DNA from: Octopus sinensis
Taxonomy: Eukaryota
Assembly: GCF_006345805.1 (NCBI RefSeq)
Contig: NC_043000.1
Span: 117,552,001 to 117,616,000 of the forward strand
Reading direction: 5' to 3'
DNA length: 64,000 bases
Below are positions 13,626 through 27,510 of the stretch, in pieces. The notes beneath the pieces are model-generated. The model was not told the origin of the DNA. It saw only the letters and a list, made by a program, of their open reading frames with translations, and did not search any database. Each line of letters starts with the position of its first letter. The first letter of the stretch is position 1. Both the position numbers and the translations under genes were made by a program.

Positions 13626-14764
13626 ATGTGTGGTAGCTATGTATCCTCAAGCTTTTACGTTTTCCATATTCTCTTCTTCTGTCTTGTAAGTTACTCAGCA
13701 TAATTATTGGTGCCGATAACATGCATCCATGGTCATTTGTGACCAATAGAGTCAAGTTAATGTATGTATGTGCGTATACATACATGTATATATATATACA
13801 TATATGTATCATCATCATCATCATCGTTTAACATCCGTTTTCAGTGCTAGCACGGGTTGGACGGTTCGACTGGGGTCTGGGAAGCCAGGGGCTGCACCAG
13901 GCTCCAGTCTGATCTGGCAGTGTTTCTACAGCTGGATGCCCTTCCTAACGCCAACCACTCCACAAGTGTAGTGGGTGCTTTTTACATGGCACAGGTGCCA
14001 GGGGAGTCTGGCATCGGCACGTATGTAATATATGTGTGTATATGTATATATATATATTAGTAATGTATATGTATATGTGTGTGTGCATATGTATGTGTAT
14101 ACATATATATGTGTGTATGTGTATATATGTGTATGTATATATATATATATGGATAATTTGACATTAAGTTATGTATTTATATGGCCCTAGATACTCGGTC
14201 ATGACCAAACAACTTAGAGAGAAGACATCATCAAAATGTTATTTTGGTGACTTTGTCTTTATTTTCAAAATGTGCAACAAAAACACCATGACACCAGATG
14301 CATATGTGTATGCACACATACACAGTTTACAAACTCCGCCCATGGCTAACACCAATCCATGGGAAATAATTCCGTCTTTACTTCTGGAAAAATATCTTAA
14401 GTTTGGTATATAATTAGTTCCATTTCAGTTTACTGACTTTCAACCAGCTACAGTCTATATACACTTCAAGTACAAAGCAAGCTGTGTCTGAGAGTCATCA
14501 GTATGACCGATTGCAACATATACATACATATATACATATGTATGTAAGTATGTGTGTGTATATATACATATGTTAGTATACCTATATATAAATATGTATG
14601 TATATATATAAATATATGTATATCTGTGTGTATGTAGAAATATGTATATATGTATGTATATATGTGTACATGTGCTTTTTTTTATGTGTATGTACATATG
14701 CACATATGTGTATATATATGTGTATGTATATGTGCATGTATATATGTATATCCATCCATCTAAA

Positions 14765-14919
14765 TGGCTGTGTGGTAAGCAGCTTGTTTACCAACCACAT
14801 GGTTCCGGGTTCAGTCCCACTGCGTGGCACCTTGGGCAAGTGTCTTCTACTATACCCTCGGGCCGACCAAAGCCTTGTGAGTGGATTTGGTTGACGGAAA
14901 CTGAAAGAAGCCCGTCGTG

Positions 14920-14957
<38 letters not shown>

Positions 14958-15170
14958 ATATGTATATATACGTGCGTGTGTTTGTCCCCCTAGCATTGCT
15001 TGACAACCGATGCTGGTGTGCTTATGTCCCTGTTACTTAGCGGTTCGGCAAAAGAGACCGATAGAATGAGTACTGGGCTTACAAAAGAATAAGTCCCGGG
15101 GTCAATTTGCTCGATTAAAAGCGGTGCTCCAGCATGGCCGCAGTCAAATGATTGAAACAAATAAAAGAGT
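14765..15170 (+). mobile_element. SINE family A, near full length
   Basis: Head, internal (TA)n and tail all present. Confidence 0.85.
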
Positions 15171-15171
15171 A

Positions 15172-15206
<35 letters not shown>

Positions 15207-15764
15207 TATATATATATGTTGACACAAGCATGGCTGTGTGGTAAGAAGCTTGCTTCCCAAACACATGGTACTTGGTTCAGTCCCACTGTGTGGCATCTTG
15301 GGCAAACCAAAACCTTGTGAGTAGTCTTGATAGACATAAACTGAAAGAAGCCCATCATATATGTTGTGTGTGTGTGTATATACACACAGATACACATAAA
15401 TATATATGTGACTGCATGTGTGTGCAAAGTGTTGACAATCCATAGCTTTGCATGCCACCTTCTGAACAAAAATGTGACATGTTGTTTACATTCCATGTTG
15501 ACATTATGACTTGTCTCTTTGTATTTCCATTTGCCAGCACAGTAAGAAATCTCTTACTTTACAAAGAAGCAATGGCTTATGGTGGAAATGGTATTCAGCC
15601 ATAAAATACTGCCTCGGATATGTGTCTGTCAATCTCACTTAGGTATGGAAATCTGTAGACAGCAAACAAACCCATGAACATTCACTCATTTGCTTGGTTT
15701 GTGTTGGTTTGTTTACATCCCCATAATTTAACGGCTCCGCAAAAGAGAATTGTAGAATAGGTAC

Positions 15765-15998
15765 CTATTTTTTTACTACCCACAAGGGGCTACACACTGA
15801 GTGGACAAACAAGGACAGACAAATGGATTAAGTTGATTATATCGACCCCAGTGCCTAACTGGTACTTATTTAATTGACCCCGAAAGGATGAAAGACAAAG
15901 TTGACCTCAGCGGAATTTGAACTCAGGACGTAACGGCAGACGAAATACGGCTACGCATTTCGCCTGGTGTGCTAACGTTTCTGCTAGCTCGCCGCCTT
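15765..15998 (-). mobile_element. SINE family B inserted in a family A copy
   Basis: Reverse complement of family B flanked by duplicated tagaata(g/a)gtacc. Confidence 0.85.
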
Positions 15999-16372
15999 CA
16001 TTATAGAATAAGTACCAGGCTTGGTAAAGGTATTGGGGTTTATTCATTTGACTGAAAATTCTTTACAACAGTGCTCCAGCATGGCTGGAATCTAATGACA
16101 GAAACAAATAAAAGATAAAAAATAAGTGATACTCCCTATATGGAAACGATCCTTTTTGCCCTCCTCTTTTTGAAGCATAAAATGTTTATGCATTTTATGG
16201 TTGCTCAATTACTATAGTGCAGTTTATATCACTAATTAACTTGTGCAACCCTCACTTAAATAAGTATCAAGTGCAAAATCTTGATAAACCATTATCAAAC
16301 AACATGTTAGTCATAAACAGTCCTAATTGTTGCCGCTACAACTAAGCTGTTATATTGCGTTTGTTATTTTGT

Positions 16373-16762
16373 TTATCATCACCATTGTTCGACCTTGGTC
16401 GAGACAATGGAATTTACTATGTTACGCCAGACTTCATGGTCCATCATAGCATTACGGAGGTTCTGTTGCTGGATGCCTGTATCCCTGGAGATTACATCAG
16501 GGTAGGAGAGTGTGCGCCCTCTGGTATCGCGAACAGATGGCTTCCAGAGGAGAAGAGTAGAAATTACCTCGTTTTCAGCTCTACAACAATGTCCAGCAAA
16601 CTGGACTCTTCTACCTTTCACAAGAGATGATACAGGTGGTAGTTTCCCATATGTTTGTACTTTGGTTGGATGATGCTTCCACGAGAGATTTTGAGCTCTC
16701 ATAAGGAGGCGAGTGTAAATTCCATCCGACCGCCTCTCAAGCTTCTTTGATAACGTCCAGGT
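16373..16762 (-). mobile_element. 5'-truncated non-LTR retrotransposon (RTE/RTE-X-like) 3' end
   Basis: ORF 16379-16702 extended upstream reads WTLSKKLERRSDGIYTRLLMRAQNLSWKHHPT...RRVQFAGHCCR...LLLWKP...RGRTLSYPDVISRDTG...MMDHEVWR, the typical post-RT C-terminus of RTE-group elements; ends TGATGATAA. Confidence 0.8.
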
Positions 16763-17332
16763 TTATTCTGTTGGTAGTACTTTGTATTTAATATGATCTT
16801 TGCGGGTTATGCTGGCCTGTGGATTAACAAATTGACTGAATTGCAGATTGACCCATATCATCATTGTATTCTCATCATTTGACTGTTTATTTTAACTTTA
16901 TGCTTTGACACATTGTATTAAAAAAAAAACTGCATATTTTATTAGTATTTGCTGTACTGTTTGGACCAAGTTTTTTTCTATATTCTTCGATCTAATGTAT
17001 ACTGCAGTGTTTGACCAAGTTTTTCTTTGTTTGATCTAGTGTGGTGGTTCTCAACCTGGGGTCCATGGACCCCTGGTGGTCCGCAAAGGTAGTACTGAGA
17101 GGTCTGTGAACTAAATTCAAAATTTCACATTCATATATATATATCATCATTATCATCGTTTAATGTCCGCTTTCCATGCTAGTACAGCAGGGATCGCCAC
17201 TACCCCCTGGCGGAGCCTCATGGAGCTTTAAGTGTTTTCGCTCAATAAACACTCACAACGCCCGGTCTGGGAATTGAAACCGCGATCCTACAACCATGAG
17301 TCCGCTGCCCTAACCACTGGGCCATTGTGCCT

Positions 17333-17372
<40 letters not shown>

Positions 17373-18175
17373 GCGCACATATGTATTGCTTAGGCATTGT
17401 GAGGCTAATAACCTGTTGTAAAACTCAATATATTTATACTTCAGAGCAAATTGTTAGACAAGTATAGAACAGTAATGAGAAAATGAGATGACAAATGTAT
17501 AAGCACTTATCTTATGAACTTCAGTGGCTTACAGCTGTTTCTGCTACATGATGCAGTAGACTCAGAGTTGAGTGCCCGAGTAACGCCTTATAGCTTCATT
17601 GGAGCCTCGAATATGAAGTGCAATTTATATATACATGGCATGTTGTATATCTATACTGCTATATACATACTGAGTTCAAAAGACACCCCCCACCTCTAAA
17701 ACGAACAGAATATGTTGTAATCATCTATCTTCTCTTTTATATTCTTTTTATTATATTCAGTTTCATTGTGTTTATTTGTGTGTCTGTGTCTTTGTGTCTG
17801 TCTGTCTGTCTACGTATGTAGTGTGTACTGACAACAAGTCGTTATATTAAGATATATATATAAAAAAATTAAATAAGATATGAAAATAAATATCTCAGTA
17901 AAAAAAATAAAAAAGACAGCACCACCTCCACCTCTACCAAATAAAAACCATTAAGCAACAAACAAATTAGACACATTCAATGAAAAAGAAAAAAGAAAGA
18001 TTTAAATGAATTTACCCCCACCTTTTCAATGGTCTCCCCATATGGAGGTTTGAAAATATCGAACTGTGGCGATGTGGGGGTAGGGGTTGAATGGATGTTT
18101 CATTTAAACTGATTCAACTGTTAAAAATTGGGGAAAATTTGCTCTGTTGCTATTATGTTGTTGTTGGTAGTGATA

Positions 18176-18185
18176 TTTATTATTA

Positions 18186-18226
<41 letters not shown>

Positions 18227-18865
18227 TACTATTATTATTATTTTTATTATTATTATTATTATTATCATCATTATTATTATTACTATTATTATTTTTATTA
18301 TTATTATTATTATTATTATTCACATTTACTTGAATTGACTGCAAATTTTTTCAATAGGGGTGGGTCGCTATCTTTTATTGTGTCCACTTTTTTTTTTTTA
18401 TCTTGTCATCTTATATACGTTATTGATTATTTATATAAATACACACACACGCACACACACATATACACACACATTGTTTGTACATTTTGTTATTGTAACT
18501 CTTAAATGAGTAAACTGAGCATTTAATCTTTTGTTCAATAAAAACCTGTAGCCACATTTCATCTCATTATCTTCTTTTTTTCTTCCTATCCTCCCTTATT
18601 TTTCTCTCTCTTTATTTCTTTTTTCCTTCCTTTATCATCATCATCATTATTATTATTAGTATTATTTTTATTATTATTATTTTTTTATTATCATTATTAT
18701 TATTACTATTATTATTATTATTATTTTATTATTACCATTATTATCATTATTATTATCATCATCATCATCATTATTATTATTATTTTTATTATTTTTATTA
18801 TCAGTATTTTTATTATTTTTATTATTAGTATTATTATTATTTTTATTATTATTATCATTATTATT
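18176..18865. repeat. Two (ATT)n/(ATC)n trinucleotide tracts
   Basis: Tracts at ~18176-18320 and ~18632-18865. Confidence 0.92.
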
Positions 18866-20290
18866 GCAGGCCTATCCTCCTACTACTTTTCCCTTTATTT
18901 GTTTTTACATTGAAATTTTTTAGTTACCTAATGTATTTTGTCTGTTAATATGGTCATGTGATGTACTGTTTGTTTGTCAGGGAAATATATATATATATAT
19001 ATATATATAAAGAGAGAGAAAGAGTGAGAGAGATAAAGGAATAGATAGGCAGAAAGAAAGTGAGAGGGAAGCCAGCGTGGGAGTTACAAGGGGAAAGGGA
19101 AAACGTAAAGAAAAAAAGATTGATAGAACAAAGACTATATGGATGGATGGGTAGATAGATAGATATATAGATAGACAGATAGCAGTGACAGACTGGAGAA
19201 AATCAAGGGAAAGTCTGATCGTTAATGAAAAGTGGACACACGGGCAGAGAATGTCACACTTGCCTGGCTGTCTATTAAGATAAATCTATAAACAAGTAAA
19301 CTGGCTTGCATTAAATGCTTTTCATATATTTTAGTTATCTATTGAATGACAACCTGTTATGTTGAACATATGGATGGATGTTTCTCAATTGTAAAGGAGG
19401 GCATAACAAAATGAAGATACAAGATGTAAATGCACAATATGGCCAAGGATAAAAAAAACAAACACTTCGGTGGGAGTGTTCAATTTGTTAAACACAAATA
19501 CAAGAAGGTCATCTCACATATGTATTATAGTTGAGTCGAAGACAAAAAAAAAAAAAGAAAGGAAAAAATGTTGATCAACTGACACTATCCGAGCAAGTAG
19601 TTGAGAAAATCTTCTTTCTGTGTAGTTTCAGGTTCAGTCCCCACCTGTGCTGTACCTTACTTTTTTTTTTTTTTGAATGATGTAACATGTTTGTTCAGCA
19701 ATAAAAAAAACATGCCTGAAACAGGTGTAGTGAACCACGATCCATCTCTCTCTTTCTCACTCTCTCACTCTCTCTCTCTATATATATATATATAGATATA
19801 CATAAGAGTGAGTGGAAAAATGAAAGAAGGGACTCAACCAATTTATTGTGAGTTACATGTAAAAAACATGTGTGTGTGTGTGTAAGAGAGTTATATGTAT
19901 GGATCATGTGTGTATGTATATATATATATATATATGTGTGTGTGTGAGTTACATGTATGGATCAAAACTCATGAGTACCAAGGAATTTGAATCAAACTGT
20001 TTTGATCCATATACATATATATATATATATCATCATCATCATCATATATATATATATAAATAAATGTTATATTTCTAAATGTCCCAGAGAGAGTTATGCA
20101 GTAACAGCACAGTAAAGTGATTTTTTGTTGCCAACTTAATGTGGCAGTCCCCAGGAAAGGGAAGAATGTTACTGTTATTTAGCCCCAAGAAACACCGTTT
20201 CTAGTTGGCAACATGACGCGAGCATTCTATTTCCTTAAGTTTTCAAACAAGGGAGATAAGCACCTCCACTCAACAAAGCCAGCATCCAGC

Positions 20291-20326
<36 letters not shown>

Positions 20327-20539
20327 GTGGCGAGCTGGCAGAATAGTTAGCATGTTGGGCAAAATGATTAATGGCATTTCATCCATCTTTAAGTTCTGAG
20401 TTTAAATTCCACCAAGGTCAACTTTGCCTTTCTTCCTTTTGGAGTTACTAGATTATGTACCAGTTAAATACTGTGGTTGATGTAATCGATTTGTCCTCTT
20501 TCCCAAAACTTCTAGTTTTGTGCCTATAAGAAAAAGGAT

Positions 20540-20573
<34 letters not shown>

Positions 20574-20652
20574 GGTGGCGAGCTGGCAGAATAGTTAGCA
20601 TATTGGGCAAAATGCTTAATGGCATTTCATCTATCTTTAAGTTCTGAGTTAA

Positions 20653-20902
20653 CAGGTAGTTTTACATGCTAGAAGAAGCAGTTGAAACAACCAAAACCAC
20701 ATTTAAGTGCAATTTCGAAGGTGCAGTTACTGATGAGAATTTCGCATAGCAAATTACTTTATTTGCTAAATAAATTTGAAACCTAGGTATAACTGTAAAA
20801 AATAACAAGGTAAAGGGTTTTTATTTTAAATTCCCTTCGAAATTGTTCTTAAATGTGTTTTTTGTCATTTTGACTGCTTCTTCTAGCGTGTAAAACTACC
20901 TG
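20653..20902. mobile_element. TTAA-flanked fold-back element with ~70-bp inverted arms
   Basis: CAGGTAGTTTTACATGCTAGAAGAAGCAGT...ACTGCTTCTTCTAGCGTGTAAAACTACCTG, with TTAA at 20649-20652 and 20903-20906. Confidence 0.7.
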
Positions 20903-20959
20903 TTAAAGGTAGTTTCTCTTGTGTTTAAATTGTTTAAATGTACACTATTTTATATTGAG

Positions 20960-20992
<33 letters not shown>

Positions 20993-20998
<6 letters not shown>

Positions 20999-21308
20999 CA
21001 AAATAAGCAACAAGGATATTCAAGGTAGTGTAGTACAATCATTTCATGCTACTTCATTTTAAGTATTACATCAGTTTTAAAATGTAGAGCAATCTTCAGA
21101 CATATGTAGAATTTTCCAATTAAATAGACAATGTACATTTTTTATACTATACATTGTTTAATAAAATGAAGTAGCATGAAACGATTGTACTAGACTACCT
21201 TGGATATCCTTGTTACTTATTTTGATTATAATCACCCCATTTGATTTATATGGATAATACCATACCAAATTCTGGTACCATATTCATCGTAATCTAAATT
21301 TTGCTGAA

Positions 21309-21310
<2 letters not shown>
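20993..21310. mobile_element. (TA)n-embedded palindromic element with asymmetric tail
   Basis: ~70-bp inverted arms (20993-21230) plus an 80-bp tail; internally deleted copy at ~24360-24550 and fragments at ~22575-22700 and ~23478-23600. Confidence 0.7.
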
Positions 21311-21350
<40 letters not shown>

Positions 21351-21504
21351 AGTTTGGATAAAATACAAGTTGTTATATTTAGGTGAGATACACATTAGCA
21401 TTGAACATTCTAGAAATATTGTTTGCTGAATTATCAAATATCAAAACAGGAAGCTGGAAAACATTATTTGATATCATTTATTCACTGTTACACATTATTT
21501 TATG

Positions 21505-21765
21505 TGGAGGCACATGGCCTAGTGGTTAGAGCATTGGACTTGCAGTCGAGGGATCTTGGGTTCGAATCTCAGACATGATGTGTGTGTTTATGAGCGAAAC
21601 ACCTAAGCTCCACATGGCTCCAGCAGGAGGTAATGGCGAACTTCTGCTGACTCTTTCGCCACAACTTTCTCTCACTCTTTCTTCCCGCATCTGGTGGGGA
21701 ACCTATCATCCAAGGAAACCGGGAAACTGGCCCTTATGAGCCAGGCATGGCTCGAGAAGGAACAA
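21505..21765 (+). mobile_element. tRNA-derived SINE family D
   Basis: GGAGGCACATGGCCTAGTGGTTAGAGC...GGTTCGAATC head; body recurs at ~57905-58165 and a relative lies at ~17180-17335(-). Confidence 0.8.
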
Positions 21766-21855
21766 GTGTCTTCTACTATAGCCCTGGGGCTGGCCAATGC
21801 CTTGTTAGGAAATTTGGTTGATTGAAACTTTGTGGATACTCGTATGTGTGTTTGT

Positions 21856-23670
21856 GTGTGTGTGTATGTGTGTGTGTGTGTGTGTTGCCCATGACCTCTT
21901 GATAACCGCTGCAGGTTTGTTTCCATCCCTGTAACTTAGTTCTTCAGCAAAAGAGACCAATATAGAATACTGAGGATAATTTACTTGAGTAAGCAGTGCA
22001 ACACTTTACCCAAACATGGCAGCAGTCCAGTAACTGAGACAAGTAAAAGATACATATATGAGAGAGAGAGAGAGAGGACAGTATTAGTTCTCTTTCAGTT
22101 TATCATAAAAGTTAATCTTATAAATAAGCTGGCATAGCACCAATACAATGATATCAACAAAAGCTGCACCAGTTGAGCACTTCTCACTGGTATTGTTAAA
22201 ATTGTTCCAGTAAAACATATGCATTGATCTAAATGATTCTGTCTTTGCAAATACTAGCTTTTTATAAATTAAAGAAAAAATAAAAAAACCAAACAAACCA
22301 AATAACAATTACATTATATTCTTTCTGCTTTAATATGCATTTCTCCAGGTTTCACAAGTCTGATTGCTTTTATGAAACAATTGGTTTTGCTCCGAGTTAC
22401 CTTTTCTATGTTATTTCTCTTTTGAGTTAATTAGAGTCTATTAATTAGAGTTGTAACTCTGTGATGTTGTTGGTAAAACATGTTCTTTGTCTATCTCCTT
22501 ATCCTCTTGGGGATTTTGGATAAAAAAATTTAGACAAATGAGTCCTTCAAATTTAACTAAATTCTATATTTTTATGCAGCTGAAGATTGCTCTACTTTTT
22601 AAACTGATGTAATGTTTGCATTGTTCAATTAAATGGAATTGCATAAAACGATCTTACTGCATTACCTCTGGATATCCTTGTTGCTTATTTTGATAATATA
22701 TGTGTGTGTGTAGTATGTATATATGTATGTATGTTTGTATGTATATATATATGTGTGTGTGTGTGTGTATGTGTGTGTGTGTGTGTGTTGCCCATGACCT
22801 CTTGATAACCGCTGCAGGTTTGTTTCCATCCCTGTAACTTAGTTCTTCAGCAAAAGAGACAATATAGAATACTGAGGATAATTTACTTGAGTAAGCAGTG
22901 CAACACTTTACCCAAACATGGCAGCAGTCCAGTAACTGAGACAAGTAAAAGATACATATATGAGAGAGAGAGAGAGAGGACAGTATTAGTTCTCTTTCAG
23001 TTTATCATAAAAGTTAATCTTATAAATAAGCTGGCATAGCACCAATACAATGATATCAACAAAAGCTGCACCAGTTGAGCACTTCTCACTGGTATTGTTA
23101 AAATTGTTCCAGTAAAACATATGCATTGATCTAAATGATTCTGTCTTTGCAAATACTAGCTTTTTATAAATTAAAGAAAAAATAAAAAAACCAAACAAAC
23201 CAAATAACAATTACATTATATTCTTTCTGCTTTAATATGCATTTCTCCAGGTTTCACAAGTCTGATTGCTTTTATGAAACAATTGGTTTTGCTCCGAGTT
23301 ACCTTTTCTATGTTATTTCTCTTTTGAGTTAATTAGAGTCTATTAATTAGAGTTGTAACTCTGTGATGTTGTTGGTAAAACATGTTCTTTGTCTATCTCC
23401 TTATCCTCTTGGGGATTTTGGATAAAAAAATTTAGACAAATGAGTCCTTCAAATTTAACTAAATTCTATATTTTTATGCAGCTGAAGATTGCTCTACTTT
23501 TTAAACTGATGTAATGTTTGCATTGTTCAATTAAATGGAATTGCATAAAACGATCTTACTGCATTACCTCTGGATATCCTTGTTGCTTATTTTGATAATA
23601 TATGTGTGTGTGTAGTATGTATATATGTATGTATGTTTGTATGTATATATATATGTGTGTGTGTGTGTGT
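21856..23670. repeat. Near-identical ~902-bp tandem duplication
   Basis: Identical ORFs at 22084 and 22986 (offset 902); junctions lie in (TG)n runs. Confidence 0.95.
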
Positions 23671-23672
23671 AG

Positions 23673-23723
<51 letters not shown>

Positions 23724-24073
23724 TTATTGCAGTGGTCCTTCAGTTTTGCTAAGGCCTGTAGAAGAACTTAAAAGTTTGGGCCTACAACCAAACCTCTCGT
23801 TATTCCCTTAAAGTTAGGAACTTTGCAGCACACTTTCGTGTGTGTGTGTATCATCATCATCGTTTAACATCTGCTTTCCATGCTAGCATGGGTTGGACGG
23901 TTCAACTGGGGTCTGGGAAGCCAGAAGGCTGCACCAGGCCCAGTCTAATCTGGCATTGTTTCTACATCTGGATGCCCTTCCTAAAGCCAACCACTCCATG
24001 AGTGTAGTGGGTGCTTTTTACGTGCTACCAGCACAGGTGTCAGACAAGGCTGGCAAACAGCCTTGATCATATA

Positions 24074-24298
24074 CTGGGTGGCCCAAAAGTAGATTTACAG
24101 TTATTCGACTATCCCTTTCACATTCATACGCTAACAGTTTAGATCTTAATTATGAAAAAAATATGAAACCATTATTCTATGCTAATTTATATAATAAACA
24201 ATATGATTGTAAGATAGAAATTTAAATGTAATAAAATACTTAAAAAAATATTTGAAGTGCCTACATGATAACCATAAACCTACTTTTGGGTCACCCTG
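24074..24298. mobile_element. Tc1/mariner-type MITE, diverged
   Basis: TIRs C(T/A)GGGTG(G/A)CCCAAAAGTAG(A/G)TTTA; TA on the left, right TSD altered. Confidence 0.7.
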
Positions 24299-24546
24299 CG
24301 TATATCTACCTATATATGTATATATATCTACCTATATCTATATATATATATATATATATATCAAAATAAGCAACAAGAATATCCAAGGTAGAGAAGTACA
24401 ATTGTTTCATGCTACACTTGTACTACTCTACCTTGTTGCTTATTTTGATTATAATCACCCCATTTTATTTATATGGATAATACCATGCAAAATTCTGGTG
24501 CCTTTAACTTAAGTACCATATTCGTCTGAATCTAAATTTTGCTGAA

Positions 24547-24594
<48 letters not shown>

Positions 24595-25015
24595 CACATG
24601 CATATATGTATTTATATATAAATATATATATATGTATGAATTCATACAATACTTAACAGTAAAAGTACAATTTGTTTTTACTACAGTGTTCCTAATTACA
24701 TGTCTTATTTTCATACCGTCCTCAATTGTAGTCTATAATTTATGTTACAGTCATAATAGACGTACATTGTTTGTTAGTTCCTTTGAGACTTTTGTTTTTG
24801 ACAGTTATTATTCTTTATAAAAAGCAAAATTAACAATAGCAATTTTTCAGTACCACATAAAAAACATGCATGTGGGCAGATGCACATCTGCACGCAGACA
24901 GTTTAAAAGATACAAAGATACTCATTTGCATACGAATAGAAGGAAAGATCACAAAATACAGTGAATGGGTTTTGTATGGGTTCAAATATGCCACAAGCAT
25001 ACTTCAACTGGTAAC

Positions 25016-25051
<36 letters not shown>

Positions 25052-25207
25052 ATATAATCCAAGGAAAATAGGGATGACAACATCCAGTCTTTCACTGGCT
25101 CCTCTGTTAAATACCCTATTTTACAGACAAAAACCATACACATTAGGCACAGGAGTGGCTGTGTGGTAAGTAGCTTGCTTACCAACCACACATTTCCGGG
25201 TTCAGTC

Positions 25208-25241
<34 letters not shown>

Positions 25242-26074
25242 GACGGGCTTTTTTTCAGTTTCCGTTTACCAAATCCACTCACAAGGCTTTGGTCGGCCCG
25301 AGGTTATAGTAGAAAACACTTACCCAAGGTGCCATGCAGTGGGACTGAACCCGGAACCATGTGGCTGGTAAGCAAGCTACTTACCACACAGCCACTTCTG
25401 CACCTATGTATGTATATATATATATACACACACACACACACGTATGTATGTATATACATGTTTACACCATTCATGTAGTGCGGACTTATACACATGCATA
25501 TATATGTAAAATAAGCATTAAATTATGTACAAATTGCTAACGAATATTACTAGGTGCACCTGCTTATCATAATCAGCGCACAGGTATTCACAGATACATG
25601 AGCATAGTTTGAGAACAACAACAACAACAATAAATAAAAGAAGGGAATCATCTATAATGAAACAACAGCTATTCCCATTTGATGATTATAGTCATATAAC
25701 CAGCTTGTACAATAAAACAATTAAACCTGCTCACCTGCAGCTGCATATATGAGAGTTAAGTAGGTGCTAGATATTTTGCACATCTGTTACTGAACTTGTT
25801 TACGGTAGGGTTTCTTTTTTTGTTTTGTTTTGGTGAGTGGAGCTTCTATGATTAAAGAGTTCACTCCTCTCACAGTGTATAATCCACAAGCTGCTATTTG
25901 AAACTAGACATTTAAAAAAAATAACGGTCCCATTCTCTCTCTCTATATATATATATTTAATTCTCCCTCTCTCTCTCTCCTGCATTTAATCTTGGATATT
26001 GTTATGTGTTTGGGATGTATGTATGTATGTGTGTGTGTGTGTGTGTGTGCATGTGTGTGTGTATGAATAAATAA

Positions 26075-26313
26075 ATGCACCTTTTAAAGCCTAGCCAGGC
26101 TCATGGGCCCGGTTTCAATGGCGTATGTATTCCCCAGCTGGACGGGACGCCAATCCATCATAGCGTTACTCATATTTGCCCACTGAGTGGACTGGAGCGA
26201 CGTGAAATGAAGTGTTTTGCTCAAGAACACCATGCGTTGCCTGGTCCAGGAATTGAAACCACAATTTTACGATCACAATACTGATACCCTAACCACTAAG
26301 CCACATGCCTCCA
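26075..26313 (-). mobile_element. tRNA-derived SINE with CTTGAGCAAAACACTT core
   Basis: Minus strand GGAGGCATGTGGCTTAGTGGTTAGG...GGTTTCAATTCC head; relatives at ~10670-10940 and ~10410-10510. Confidence 0.7.
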
Positions 26314-27092
26314 CACACACATGCACATATATATTAAAATTGGGGAAGGCCAGTTTGTGGGACTACCTTAAGTTTCCCTTCCATTTCCATAAAGGATGAA
26401 AGGCAAAGTTGACCTCGGTGGAATTTGAACTCAGAACATAAAGACAGATGAATTACTGCTAAGCATTTAACCCGGTGTGCTAACATTTCTACCAGCTCGC
26501 CACCTTAATGGTGAATAAATTATACCAAAAAGAAATGTTTTTCAACTTCCTGTTTTGATATTTGATAACTCTGCAGACAATATTTCCAGAATCTTCAACT
26601 CTAATATGTACTTCACATAATTACAATTTCAGGATCATTAGTTATCAGCAGAAATGCTTTACAGTATATCTTCTGGCCTTCTCCATTCTGTGTTCAAATC
26701 TCACCTGCCTAGAGAAACCACTCCAGTATTCTTCCCTAATCTAGTCATGGATGGCCATTGTTCCAGTAGTCTACTTAATGGCAGCAGGTGAAGAGGGTTC
26801 AAGCCCTTCCAGGTCATATAAAGAGTGCAGGAGAAGTTGAACATGCTGAAAACTTACCCAAGGGCAGACCACAGCCAGGCTAGGACAAATATGATATAAA
26901 CCAGTCATGGGTTAACAAAGCGTTACCGTTATTTCATCAGCATAGGATGATAGTAGACTGGCAGAATTAATAGACCCTCAGCTGAAATATCTTGTGTTTC
27001 CCTAGTTATGGTTCTTTACATTCTGAATTCAAATCCTGTTGGCCCCAACTTTACCTGTTAGCCCTCCAGGGTCAATAGAATAGAGTACCAGA

Positions 27093-27510
27093 AGGTGGCG
27101 AGCTGGCAGAAATGTTAGCACGCCGAGCAAAATGCTTAGCAGTATTTCGTCTGCCATTACATTCTGAGTTCAAATTCCGCCGAGGTCGACTTTGCCTTTC
27201 ATCCTTTCGGGGTCGGTAAATTAAGTACCAGTTATGCACTGGGGTCGATGTAATCGACTTAATCTGTTTTTCTGTCCTTGTTTGTCCCCCTCTATGTTTA
27301 GCCCCTTGTGGGTAATAAAGAAACAGGTATTTCATCTACCGTTACATTCTGAGTTCAAATTCCGCCGAGGTCGACTTTGCCTTTCATCCTCTCGGGGGTC
27401 CATAAATTAAGTACCAGTTATGCACTGGGGTCGATGTAATCGACTTAATCCGTTTGTCTGTCCATGTTTGTCCCCTCTATGTTTAGCTACCTGTGGACAA
27501 TAAAGAAATA
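27093..27510 (+). mobile_element. SINE family B tandem dimer inside one TSD
   Basis: Full copy plus 5'-truncated copy; TSD agaa(t/c)agagtaccaga at 27077-27092 and 27511-27526. Confidence 0.85.

Noticed and set aside
18091-18505. Poly-Leu / poly-Tyr ORFs
   Set aside because: (ATT)n repeat translation.
21505-21575. tRNA-like sequence (also the other SINE heads)
   Set aside because: A and B boxes are present but there is no complete cloverleaf or terminator, and it continues into a SINE body.
22084-23210. Two identical 74-aa minus-strand ORFs
   Set aside because: Product of the tandem duplication; AT-rich with no recognisable domain.
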